Source: Lama guanicoe (lineage: Eukaryota). Taken from it: a stretch of 64,000 bases of DNA. The stretch is taken from NCBI GenBank assembly GCA_013239625.1, contig MU053504.1, positions 1,490,001-1,554,000 on the forward strand, written 5' to 3'. Shown here in pieces: positions 19,811 through 31,845 of the stretch. How positions within the stretch are numbered: the first letter of the stretch is position 1; every line of letters starts with the position of its first letter. Under the pieces are notes generated by a model. The model searched no databases, had not been told where the DNA came from, and saw nothing but the letters and a program-made list of their open reading frames with translations. Both the position numbers and the translations under genes were made by a program.

Positions 19811-22279
19811 GTTCCATTTATTAGATGGGGAAAGGAGGCCCCAAAAGGGGAAGTGACTTGCCTAAAGAAACAGGCATCCTTTACTCCCATCCTCCAGCTC
19901 TCCTTCTAGTCCAGTCCTTTTCTCATAAACCTGTGACTACGGTCTCCTGTGGGGTGGCTGAAAAGTGCCTACGTGTAGGGTGTGCTCTCGTCTGCTGGGA
20001 CTAAAGCAGGACCAAGAGCAGGGCTTCGGCCTCCTCTCTCCTCACAAGAAGTCTACCTCTCTCAGCTCCTCTCTTCTCTCCTCCTCAAGGAGAGCGCTTT
20101 GCCTTGTGGTGATGGAGGTAAGCTGTGGACACCTGGGGCATCAGTAGGATGAGAAGTCTGGACAGATCTCTACAGGTGGGCAGCTGAGGATGGGACTCTG
20201 TTCTCTCCCGCTGCAAATAGGGTCTGTGTGGTCACCAAACTGAAATTCCCTTCTCAGGGTCTCGAGGATGAAATATGCAAGGCCCTGTCTCTCCTTGGTG
20301 TGAGGTCCTGTCACCTCTGCACACACACCACAGATGCTCTGACCACAGAGCAGCTGTCTCATGGAGAGAAGGAACTGCATTTCCTGAGAATGGGTTACTT
20401 GCCAAGCTGTACATGCCTGCGATTCTCAGAACAGCCCTGGGAGGTTCCAGGAAGAGAAGCAGAGGGAGACTCAGGTCAAGCAGCCAATGGCAAGGCTTGA
20501 AACCCAGGGGCTCTCTGACTACCACACTCAACCACAGCATTTCCCTAAGTGTGGTCAGATTCCATGGGGATACTTCAGATGAGCTCAAGGATGAATGCTT
20601 TTTATTTTAATAGCTATTTTAATGTAGATTAGGAAATATAAGTAGCATGTCAAACCCTTTTATGGTAGTATTAAGTAAAATCAGAAATTAAAAAAAAATT
20701 AACCAAAAGAAACATATTAAGGAATAGTAGTGTAGGTTAAATGTAGGTAAAGCAAGCCTAGTGGAGTTTGGTTCTGGGTGCTCCTGTCCTGGTTACCCAG
20801 GTACCTCCTGCACTCGCAATCATTATTTTTCAAGATTTCCAAACAGTTAAGTTCGGACTTATTCACTTTTCCTTTCAGTGTGCGGATAGTGTTGGGGCTT
20901 CCTGGGTAACTGGTTGGTGTGCAGAAGGACCTGCCCTCCTTGGTGCCCCTGGGGTCCAACAAGAGATCGGGGGTCTGTCAGGCTGAGGCGTCTTGGACTC
21001 AGCCATTTCACAACACTTCTGGGTCAGCCTTGCTGAGAGGCAGCGGGAGATACAACTGCTACTCAAGGAGGACTTCCCCGTAAGGGAGGAGATGGCCTGA
21101 AGGAGGCCCACTGCACCCCGTATTCCCTGGCCGTGGCTCTGGTCAACACATACTTATTCCACAAACACCGAGGGGAGCAGGGTATAGAGAGTCCTAAACT
21201 GGCGCCCCAACTCGAGGTGGTGGGGGGGACTGGAGGTGGTGGGAATGCCAATGGCGGTGAATGACAGCTGACATGGACTTCTCCTGCTCCGAAATGTCTC
21301 CGCCGCATCATCCCTGCCGCGAATAATTGCCACCAGTCACAGGCCCTTCCCCTTGGGGCGGGCCGAACCTGGGACTCTGCCCGGCGACGGGAGGGAGAGG
21401 GTGGCTCAGGGGCTGCGGGCCCGGAAGAGAGGCTCCGCCCACCCCAGGCAGCGCGGGCTCCAGATCAGGGATGAAGGGTACCCCAGCAAGCTCCGCTTGC
21501 GCACTGCTGTGCAATGTCTCCAGCCCACAGACTCGCAGCCACAATCCCTGTGCGGTTCCTGCTTGGGGACTAAACCAGGGGAGTGTCTCAACCGCCACCG
21601 ACCAAGACTAATTCATCGGCCTTCAGCCGTGCATCCCCAAGTCCTGCAGCCTGGGGACCTGCTGCCGCCCAACATACGGACCACTTTGAGGCGCCCACGT
21701 GCGGCAGGGAGCGCTGGGAAGGAGGTCCGCGCCTTCCACCCAGTTCCCTACCCCAGAGGGAGACGCATACATCTCCCTGTCCTCTCTGCACTTTGAACCT
21801 CCTCTCTCGCTAGGCCTATCGCAAACGACACCCCCACTGCAGAGCAGCGCGTGTAGTGTTTCTACCCGCCTCGGTGCGAGCCAGGCCCCGGTACGCCCAT
21901 CTGGAAAGCTGGGAGATTTCCCTGCGGCTCGGTGGGGATGGCGTGGGTTGAGATGATGTAAAACGACAGCCACGGTACTAGGCCTCTTCAAGGGGCTTTG
22001 TAGATACGTCTCCCTCCCCAATGAGAGCCTCCGTTCCTTAAATATCTTGCAGCAATTAGAAAAGGAAGGAAACAAAATCTGAATGGAACACGTCTGGAGA
22101 TTGGAATGGAAAGACGACTTCTGAGTTCCAGGCTGCCCTGGCCTCATTGGTGTAATTTGCGTTTGGCCTCAGTTTTCGCATCTGTAAACTGGGAAGAAGG
22201 CACACGTCCGGGGGCTGGGACTATCGAGAGGCGGAAGGCGTTGGTGCATGGACGGCCAGTGCCCCTGGAGTCCGGCTTC

Positions 22280-23040
22280 CCAGAGGATTGTGCCGCGGTG
22301 GGGCGCACATCTCCCGGGCCACGGGTGAGACCTTGACGCCTCGCTACGCGGTTCTGCGCCCAGGATGGGCGGGCGGGCGAGCGAGCACTCGGAGGCGCGC
22401 AAGGGCGGGGCCCGCGAGGGCCGGGAGACGCCCGTCCGGTGTGGGCCAACCAGCGCTCGTCTCTGAACCGCCAATGAAGAGGCGCCTTACAGCCAAGGCC
22501 GGGTCTGGAGCGAGGCTGCGGCGAGTGCGGCGCTGACTGAGGCGCGCGCGCGCGATCCCGCTCGGACCCTGGGCTGACGCCGCCATCACCGCCGCCCGCC
22601 CAGTTGCCCCTCAGCTGCTACCCCTTGCCATGGAGGCGAGGCCGCCGCCGCCGCCGCGGGGCTCTGAGCCGCGGGCCGGGCGGCGGCCCTGAGGGTGTGT
22701 GGCGGGCCGAGACGCCGCCGCGGCACCGAGGCGGAGCCGCCGTCCGCGTCCCCAGCGGTCCCGCCCAGCGCCGGACTTGGTGAGTGTTCGCGGCCGCCGC
22801 CGCCCCTGCGGGCTCTGGGGGTGCGGGCGGCCGTCGGGCGCGGGTGGGAGGGGTCCCCGGCCGGAGCACAAATCCCTCTTTTCCGGGTAGAATCCATCCG
22901 GCTTCTCCAGGGATCCCACATCCTCGTGCTGTCCGTAGGTGGGGGGGGGGTCCCCGGAAACGCGCCCCGGGGCGCCGACCCCTCTCCACTGCCCGGGAAC
23001 TTTGCGTCCGTCCTCCTGGGCCCAGGTCGGGGCGCTGCCA
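22280..23040 (+). promoter_or_regulatory. PTPRA: CpG-island promoter of PTPRA (TATA-less; GC boxes 22367-22376 and 22403-22410, CCAAT 22471-22475)
   Basis: Very high GC and CpG density; Sp1/NF-Y motifs upstream of a strong donor; gene identity from the conserved VPS16-PTPRA order. Confidence 0.8.
22530..22779 (+). other. PTPRA: PTPRA non-coding exon 1 (start approximate)
   Basis: Donor TTG|GTGAGT at 22780 inside the CpG island; contains a (CCG)5 run and a uORF. Confidence 0.7.
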
Positions 23041-26000
23041 TAGTTCATTCTGAAAGAAGAAACTTGGACAGTGAGAACACAGTTTGCTCAGGTCCATTTA
23101 ATGGGAAGAAAGAGGAAAACTGGCATGAGAAAATTTGCTCTTGCAGTGACCAACTTTTCCCTTGAAGCCCCCCTGGCCCCTCTGTTTTCCGTCCACTCCC
23201 AGCAGTTGAGGCCGCTTAAGAAGGGAAATCGGGACTCGGAGCTGCCCAGAATTCAAAATGAACCAATTGGGAATGCAGATCCCCTCCCTTTTTACTTTGG
23301 TAAATAACACAGAAAATATCGTTTTTTGAAAAATTATTTCCCAGTTGTATTTCCTGAAGATGAAAATAATAGTAGCAGATTTGAGCCCAATGTTGAGGGG
23401 TTTTGTTTGTTTTTTGAGATCAGTGAATGATGTCTGTAAGACAGGAAAGGAGGAATGTTCAAAACCTCTCTAGGCAAGGTGAATGCCTTCAGAAGCCTGT
23501 GCCTAGGGTAGGGATTCCTGCTCTTGAACCAGTCACATTTCCCACAAGAGCTCTCTTCGCTTTCCACCTGTTTGCTGTTAAGGCAGCTCTAGAACCAGAA
23601 GATGGTGGGCGAGGAGAGGACTGGCGGTGGAAAATGGGCGAACATCTTCCAGCCTGGCCACTCCTTTAAAAAGCACAGATCTGATGCTGTCACTTGTTTA
23701 CTTAAAACTCCTTTGCCTTCCTTTTCCCATGGGATGGATGAAGCCCAAAATGCCTTATCAGGTCATACAAGACCCTTGACAGTCTTGCCTCGACTTACTC
23801 TTACTTTTAGCTTAATCCTTCAATTCTCCTTCCCTTCATCCCTGTCTCTGGCCTTTCAGAGTAGCTTGATGGCCTGTTTACATATTTGGATGGTTTTGCT
23901 TGTGTGAGCCTCTTTCCTCCCCCTTTACTTGGCAATCTCCACCTCTTCCTTTAAAGCTCTTCTCGTTTGAGAAGCTTGATGAGGGCAGGAGCTGTCTTAT
24001 TTAACTGTCCATCTCTCATGTTGAGAGATTTCTTCCTCCCAATTGTCTTATAGGTCCTGTCCCATCTCTTCCTCTTTATGCCTCTGTTCTGTTTACTTCC
24101 AGGTACCTACTTCCTGAGAGAATCTTTCCGGAGTGTTTCCTGCTTAGAATGCACACTTAGGGCTTTTAGTATCTTGATTCCTTCCCATCTCTCCATGTTC
24201 CGCACCTCGCCATCCAGCCCCCATAAGTGATCAGCAGGCAGGAACTGTTATATCCCACAGGTCTTCAGTCTGCTTGACTGTCTCTAAAAGGCTGAAAGCC
24301 CCATGTCTCTTTTTCACCTTGGCCTGCCTGAAGTGGCCTGTAATATGTGTACTTGGAGGCACGGTGGGGGATCCAGGAGACTGTTTACTGGGTACCTTTT
24401 AGACACTTGTTTACCATCTAGGTGAAATAGAACCAGAAAAGCCAGTCCTCTGATTTAAGTGCATTCATGTAGTTCTATTTGCCCGGCAGAGTTTTGGAGA
24501 TACAAAATAAAACTGAGAAAGTCACATCTTTTCCTTTGAGGGGCTCACAGTTTAATGCAGGACAGGTGGATACAAATACTTATTCACAGGGGCTATGAGC
24601 GTATATGATAATAGTAGCTATTGTATTTGCCTTGTGTCAGGCTAGGTAATGAATGAATAGTTTAATCCTTTCTACTGTCGTGTAGGGGCTTATTCCTACT
24701 AGGCAAGGGTGGAAACTGAGTCCATACAGTGTGCAGATGAAGGAATAGTTAGGATTTGAATCTTGGTAGTCAAGAGTGTCTGCCTGGCTGGATAGACAGC
24801 ATTCCTTTCCTGGGTAGGAGGGGGCCTTTGGGTCATGAAGGATGGATAGGAGTTTATGTGTGGTGGACAGAATACAGGAGAGAGGGAGCAGCATAGGCAG
24901 ATTTGGAGGTGGTAGGAACTCATTGTGCTTGGGGAGCAAGGAGAGGTTAAACACAGACGGATTGGGTAGAGGGAAGAAGGAAAGGAGAAAGGAGATAAGA
25001 TTAGGCCATCTTGAAGGCCTGTGTGTGCTGAGTTTAGGCAGTGGAGATTTTAAAGAAGGATTTTAGAGAAGGTTCAGGGACTTGGGCAGACTAGGCTTTG
25101 GAAAGGTCATTCGGGGACAGTGTGGGGCCAGAAGCTGATGCCCCTCCAATTTAGGAGGCAATGACCAGACCTCACAGAGGCAGAATTGCAGCCCCTGAGG
25201 CCCAGAGCAAGGCCTAAGGAGATACTGCTGAGTTTTGGGAAAAGATATGTGTGAGAAAAAATTCCACCAGTACCAAAGTGTAGAAATGTCTCCCTTCTAC
25301 CCTGACCTCCCCAGAGATGGTTGAAATTTCCAGTTTCTGTGGCCTTACATAGACACTATTCCTTTATAAATGTGTTTCTACCTATCCATCCTCCTACCCC
25401 ATGGTACAGACCAGTCACACCTTGCTCTTTTTTACTTAACATATTTAGGAAATCATCACATGTTAGTATATATAGAGCTGTCACTCTTTTTACTGATGTT
25501 CTTTTACTTCATTGTATGGCTTCCCCATAATTTGTAGCTAGTTTTTAGATTGAGCAACATTTAAGTTGTTTGCAGATTTTTCTTTTATAACATTGCAATG
25601 AATATCATTCTACGTACTTTGTTATGAACTCATGTGTAAAATTATCTCAATAGTGTATTTCTCAAAGTGGAATTGCTGGATTAAAGGATATGTGTGCATT
25701 TTAAGTTTGCAGACATGTGGCCAAATTAGCACTCCGTGGAGGAAGTACTAATTTATCCTCTCTCCAAAAATGTGGATGGAACTCAACAAATCTTCATTGG
25801 AGTATGCATCAGGATGGCCTGGGATGTTTTTTCAGATATGTGCCTCCTTTTCCCTCACCTAACCTCCTCCCCCCATGTGATTCTAGCGTTTTTCTTTCAA
25901 TTTACAGAGGGAGATATTGAGGCTTAGAAGGATAAAATGACATGTGCAAGACAGTATGTGTGGGCAGTGGTTGTATTTTTAAGTAGCTCTGTTATTTGTA

Positions 26001-26569
26001 TTTGCCCAGCACCTTTCATTGGATGTGCTCAAAGTTGATTTGTAAAATTGTTGCATTATTTTTCTCCACCTTCATGTGGAAAAAATGAGTTGTAGGTGAA
26101 ACCTGAATTATAAGCAAGAATCTGGCCAAATACAGAATCTTGTCTTTTTATTTCTAATGCAATAACTAATAAATGTTCCTTAATGCCAAGCCTGAATGAA
26201 TTTTTAAGTGAGTCTGAGTACAACAAAAATAACAGTAGTACATAACTAATTTCATACAATTGAGCAACAGACCCACAAATAACCCAGCATTAAAATTTGT
26301 CTTAATATATTCTCTGTAGAAAGGAGAATCCATTAAATGTGAAATTGCATTTACTTTACTCTAAATTCATATCCATTTGTGTCAGTGTATAGGCATTTTT
26401 ATAAAGTTATAACCTTTTATATGTACTTAGCAGGTACATACGGAATATGACTTTTGTATTCTTAAATAACATCAAATAGTTTATCTTTGCTCATTTTGTT
26501 TATTATTTTAGATCAGATAATAGTGTTCTATGCATTGATAACCATAGTTTGTACAGTCTTTTGTATGTT

Positions 26570-26695
26570 TGTGTTTTGTTTGTTTTTCAGGGGGGTAATT
26601 AAGTTTGCTTATTATTTAGCAGAGGTATTGGGGATTGAACCCATGAGCTCATGCATGCCAGGCATGCACTCTTCCACTGAGCTATATCCTCCCGC
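26570..26695 (-). mobile_element. tRNA-derived SINE (camelid Vic-1-like)
   Basis: Reverse complement gives gggaggatatagctcagtggaagagtgcatgcctggcatgcatgagctcatgggttcaatcccc plus an A-rich tail; A and B boxes present. Confidence 0.8.
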
Positions 26696-26991
26696 CCATG
26701 CAATCTTTTAAAAATTTTCCGTTTTCCCCTCCTTTCTAATATTATAAATGGTACTTATGAGCACTCTTGTTTAAATAATTCCTTTGGATTATTTTCTTGG
26801 ACTCTTACCCCTTAAGTGGGTTCAATCAATGAGTCAGGATATGGCTTCAGTGCCGAATTGCTATCAGAAAGGTTGAACTAGTTTACAACACCATCAGCAA
26901 TTTATGTGGCCCTATTTCCTGACAATACAGCTAGTGCTGTTAGAAACAAACCTAGTATTTTATTTTATTAATTTAAAAGAAATATAATGGT

Positions 26992-28716
26992 GATTAAGGA
27001 AATTAAAGATGATTTAAAGAACTGGAAAGGTATCCCATGCTCTTGCATTGGAAGAATTAATGTTGTTAAAATGGCCATACTACCCACAGCAATCTACAAA
27101 TTTACTGTGATCCCTATCATATTACCCAGGACATTTTTCACAGAACTAGAATAAGTAATCCTAAAATGTGTATGGAATCACAAAAGACCCAGATTTGCCA
27201 AAGCAATACTGAAGAAAATGAAGAAGGTGGAGGAATAACCCTCCTAGACTTCAAACAATACTACAGAGATACAGAAGACAAAACAGTGTGGAATTGACAC
27301 AAAACAGACATATGGATCAGTAGGACAGAATAGAGAACCCAGACACTTACAGTTAATTAATCTTCAACAAAGGAGGCAAGAATATACAATGGAAAAAAAG
27401 TCTTTTCAGCAAGTGGTATTGGGAAAACTGGACAGCTGCATGTAAACCAATGAAATTAGAACACTCCCTCACATCATACACAAAAATAAACTCAGAATGG
27501 CTTAGAGACTTAAATATAAGACAAGACACTATAAACCTCCGAGAAGAAAACATAGGCAAAACATTCTCTGACATAAATCTTAGCAATATTCTCTCCTAAT
27601 GCTGTCTACTCAGGCAATAGAAATAAAAGCAGAAATGAACAGGTGAGACCTAATTAAACTTATGAACTTTTGCACAGCAAGGGAAACATAAAGAGAACAA
27701 AAAGACAAAAAGAAAATATTTGCAAATGACGGAACCAACAGAGCTTAATTTCCAGAATATACAAACATCTCATACAACTTAATAATAAAAAAACCAAAAA
27801 CCCAATCCAAAAATGAGCAGAAGACCTAAACAAACAATTCTTCAATGAAGACAAATGAACAATAGACATATGAAAAAATGCTCAATATCACTAATTATCA
27901 GAGAAATGCAAATCAAAACTACAATGAGCTATCACCTCACACCAGTCAGAATGGCTGTCATTCAAAAGTCCACAAATGATAAATGCTGGAGAGGGTGTGG
28001 AGAAAAAGGAACCCTCCTACACTGTTGGTGGGAATGTAGTTTAGTGCCATTATGGAAAACAGTATGGAGACTCCTCAAAAAACTAAAAATAGATCACATG
28101 GTAATATATGATCCAGCAATCCCACTCCTGGGCATATATCCGGAGGGAACTCTAATTTGAAAAGATACATGCACCCCAGTATTCATAGCAGCACTATTTA
28201 CAATAGCCAAGACTTGGAGACAACCTAGATGTCCATTGACAGATGACTGGATAAAGAAGTTGTGGTATATTTATACAGTGGAATACTACTCAGCCACAAA
28301 AGGAATAAGATAATGCCATTTGCAGCAATATGGGTGGTCCTGGAGATGGTCGTTCTTAGTGAAGTAAGCCAGAAAGAGAAAGAATAATACCATATGATAT
28401 CACTTATATGTGAATCTAAAAAAGGAAAAAGACACAAATGAACCTATTTACAAAACAGAAACAGATTCGTAGACATAGAAAACAAACTTATGGTTACTGG
28501 TGAGGGGGAGGGGTGGGAAGGGATACATGGGAAGATAAAGATTTGCAGATATTTAAAATAGATAAACAAGTTTCTGCTGTATAGCACAGGGAACTATATT
28601 CGGTATCTTGTGACCCATAATGAAAAAGAATATGAAAAGGAATATATGTATGTATATAACTGAAACATGCTGTACACCAGAAATTGACACAACATTGTAA
28701 ACTGACTGCTTCAATA
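26992..28716 (+). mobile_element. 5'-truncated L1 (ORF2 3' part plus 3'UTR), about 1.7 kb, frameshifted
   Basis: ORF 27855..28160 [30 protein letters not shown]...[18 protein letters not shown] (L1 ORF2 cysteine-rich domain); TT/AAAA site; TSD aaaagaaatataatggt (26975-26991) vs aaaaaaaatgtaatggt (28717-28733). Confidence 0.93.
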
Positions 28717-29174
28717 AAAAAAAATGTAATGGTACTTTGAATTAGGTTTAATTTACATTTCTTTAGAGAAAGAGACTAGTAGCTCATTTAGATTTTTGAG
28801 TAAGTACAATGCTGTGATATGTATCATATCCAAGAGTTATGTAGTTAAAGCTAGCTTGTTTTTAAAGAAGACATAGTTGATAGGACAGAAATATTGTGGA
28901 AATTTAGCATTAGATCATATTGGTATGAAATATAAGACTAGGTGCTGTTCAGTGGAAAACACCGTTCTGCCAGGAGTTAGAGATACCCCAGAGTAACATG
29001 GATGCGATATCTGTCCATATCTGCAGTAGATATTAATCACCTTATGGTAATTATAGGTGTGATCAAAGGGGAGGAATAGGATTTCTTGGGAGTGCCAGAG
29101 AAGTTCAACAGTTAAACAACATTTGCAGTATAAATAACAGAAAGACCCTGAGCTGGAGGGGGTTTGGTACCTTA

Positions 29175-29330
29175 GGGCAGTGCTTCTGTAACTTAAATGT
29201 TCACATGAACCATCTGAGGGTCTTGTTAAAATGCCAAGTCCTGATTTAGTAGGTCTGAGGTGAGACTTGGAATTCTGCAATTACTAACCAACTCCCTGAT
29301 GAAGAAGATGCTCCTGAAGGCAGAGCTAAG
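29175..29330. mobile_element. MER5-like hAT MITE remnant
   Basis: cagtgcttct...atctgagggtcttgttaaaatgc...gtaggtctgaggtgagacttggaattctgca; similar remnants at ~2260-2390, 51490-51695 and 56205-56360. Confidence 0.65.
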
Positions 29331-30134
29331 CCATTGAAGGATTTTAGGGAGGAGTAAGCTGATCTGATTTGCATTTGTGGAAAGTTCAGTGTGGCTGCCA
29401 TTCAGAGCAGTAGTTATCTTTTTTTTTGGAGCAGGGAGGTCAGAGCGTAGTTTTCAAAGTGACTAGATAAGATATTGGGATACTGGAAACAAATCTTAGA
29501 ACTTTATTATTTTTTATCTTAAAAACGATAAAATGTTACATTTAGGGACTGTCACTGGCATCTTCTTGAGTCTGTAGGTCAAACAGTGTTAGCATGTTAA
29601 CACTAGAACTTTGGGTGTCCAGGAATAAGAGAAGGTGAGCGAGCAGTGAGCAAGCAGAGCTGCATTCATACATTTGCTTTCAGTGTATTGCAACATGTTG
29701 ATAACAGTTTATATTACCCAGTTTTCATTAGACTAACCTCCACAAAATGGACAAGTAGCTTAAAATGATTCCTGCCAAAAAGCCAGTGACTGAAGAAAAT
29801 ATTAAAAATGCAAGCACAAGAAAACAAACAAAATGTCAGAGCTGACTCTTGTCAGCTCCTGTTATGAACTCTTGGTGAGCTATTAAATCAGATTAAGTCA
29901 GTCAGCTCTTACCACATTGGAAAGTATCAGGAAGCATGTTTGAAAGAGGGATTTACATCCTCTGTCATTAATAGAAATCTTGCTTTAAGTGTATGTAGAA
30001 CCTGAGATATTAAATAATGAAATATGAGGCTATCAGTAGTACCAAGACATTTGAAAACTAAGTGTAAAGAGAATCTCTGCATTTTTTTTTCCGCCAACGA
30101 TTTGGGGGTGGGGCGAGGCGGCACCTAGGGTTCG

Positions 30135-30221
30135 TGCTTGCCTGCTTGCTTGCCTGCTTGCTTGCCTGCCTGCCTGCTTGCTTGCTTTCGTGCTTGCTTG
30201 CTTTCGTTCTTTCTTTCTTTC
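30135..30221 (+). repeat. Compound (CTTG)/(CCTG)/(CTTT) tetranucleotide microsatellite in a SINE tail
   Basis: Directly visible. Confidence 0.9.
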
Positions 30222-30292
30222 ATTGGGTATTGAACCTAGGACCTTGTGCTTGCTAAGCACACACTATTACTGAGCTATTCCCTCCCCTTCCC
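30222..30292 (-). mobile_element. tRNA-derived SINE head (Vic-1-like)
   Basis: Reverse complement ggggagggaatagctcagtaatagtgtgtgcttagcaagcacaaggtcctaggttcaataccc. Confidence 0.8.
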
Positions 30293-31104
30293 CATTGATG
30301 TTTAAAGTCATAGGCTATTCAGTCAGAGGCTTTACATAATTTTACTAACATAATGATTAAAGTATATATTTTGAGGTTTCTTGTTCTTATAAAAGATAAA
30401 AAGGCACATACTATTGACAGGTTTTCCTGTCCACACTGCCCCCCCCCGAAAAAAAAGACTGATGTAGTATATGGAAAATAATATGTTAAAATGCATACCT
30501 TTGTCAGTAAATACTCTTATAAGATGCATAGAAAATGTTGCTGACAACTTGAACAAACAATATTAGGACAGACTTTACAGTGTGGATGGCTTGCTATATG
30601 GTTATAAAAGTGTAGACTCTTCTGACATGCCTTAGTATTTGCTAGATTCTCTTTTAATAATTTAAAATCCAAGAAAAGTCACTTCTTTTGTGATCTTCTG
30701 GAGGAAAGTTGTACTGGAGAAGGCATTCTTAATAGTAAATGACTGCCTTCATAACACTGCTGCATGGAATAATTGTCTAAATCTAAACTACTGGTAGAAT
30801 AGCCACTTTGACTGAATTAAAAAATGAAATTCATTCGTTGCCTTTTCGTGAACTCTAGAGGCTGATTATCATTTATTGGTTATCTTGTGGTGGAGTTGTT
30901 GATGTTATATATTTTTCTTTTGCCAAAAGAAAAAGCCTTATTTTTCTGTGATAAATGGCTACGTAGTATATATTGTTTGAGAAATTAATATCCTTAATCT
31001 GCATCTTCAAGTAAAGATGTTATTTTAACAATGAGTGAGAAAGTAACTGCTTTTTTCTTAGAAAGAAACGTGCTATGGAATAGCATTTTTCCTGTAATTA
31101 ATAA

Positions 31105-31845
31105 AATAAGCTTTATTGAACTATATTTTACACACCATAAAATTCACCCCTTTGATGTGTACAGTTCACTGGTTTTTGGTATATTTGTGGAGTTGTGCAG
31201 CCATCACCATTATCTAATTTCAGAACGTTTTCATCACGCCAAGGAGAAACCCTGCGTCTGTTACCTTCACTCTCCATTCTGCCCTCCCTCTTACCTTTGC
31301 AACTATCTTTCTGTCTCTGGATTTGCCAATTCTGGACATTTCATGTAAATGGAATCATAAAATGTAGCTTTTATGACTGGCTTCTTTTACTTGGCATATT
31401 TTGGGGGTTCATCCGTGTCATAGCATGTATGAGTACTTCATTCCTTTTCAGAGCGGAGTAATATCCATTGTATAGATATACCATATTTTGTTTATCCATT
31501 TATCAGTGAATATTTGGGTTGTTTCCACTTTTCGGCTATTATGAATAATACTGCACTGAACATTGATGTACAAGTACTTGTGTGGACATACGTTTTCATT
31601 TCTCATGGTTATATATCCAGAAGTGGAATTGCTGGGTTAACTGGTGATAACTGCTTAATTTTAGAGGAATTGCCAAACTGTGCCGTTTTACATTCCTAGC
31701 AGCAATGCTCAAGAGTTCCAGTTTCTCCATATCCTCACCAACATTTGTTATGTTCTGTCTTTTTGACTACAACTATCTTAGTGGTGTGAAGTGATAGCTC
31801 ATTGTGGTTTTGATTTGCATTCCCCCAGTGACTCATGATATCATT
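31105..31845 (-). mobile_element. L1M (L1MB-like) 3' fragment
   Basis: agctttattgaa...cataaaattcacccc...gtgtacagttca...ggttgtttccacttttcggctattatgaataat...gtggttttgatttgcattccc. Confidence 0.85.

Larger units (their letters stand above)
29405..31080 (+). mobile_element. hAT-Charlie-type DNA transposon remnant, interrupted by a SINE
   Basis: Decayed transposase-like text (LSVNTLIRCIENVADNL ~30501-30551, LVFARF ~30632); a probable 3' terminus reappears at ~36800-37080. Confidence 0.5.

Noticed and set aside
21308..23165. Many overlapping 100-170 aa ORFs on both strands
   Set aside because: Expected from stop-codon scarcity in a CpG island; Arg/Pro/Gly/Ala-biased
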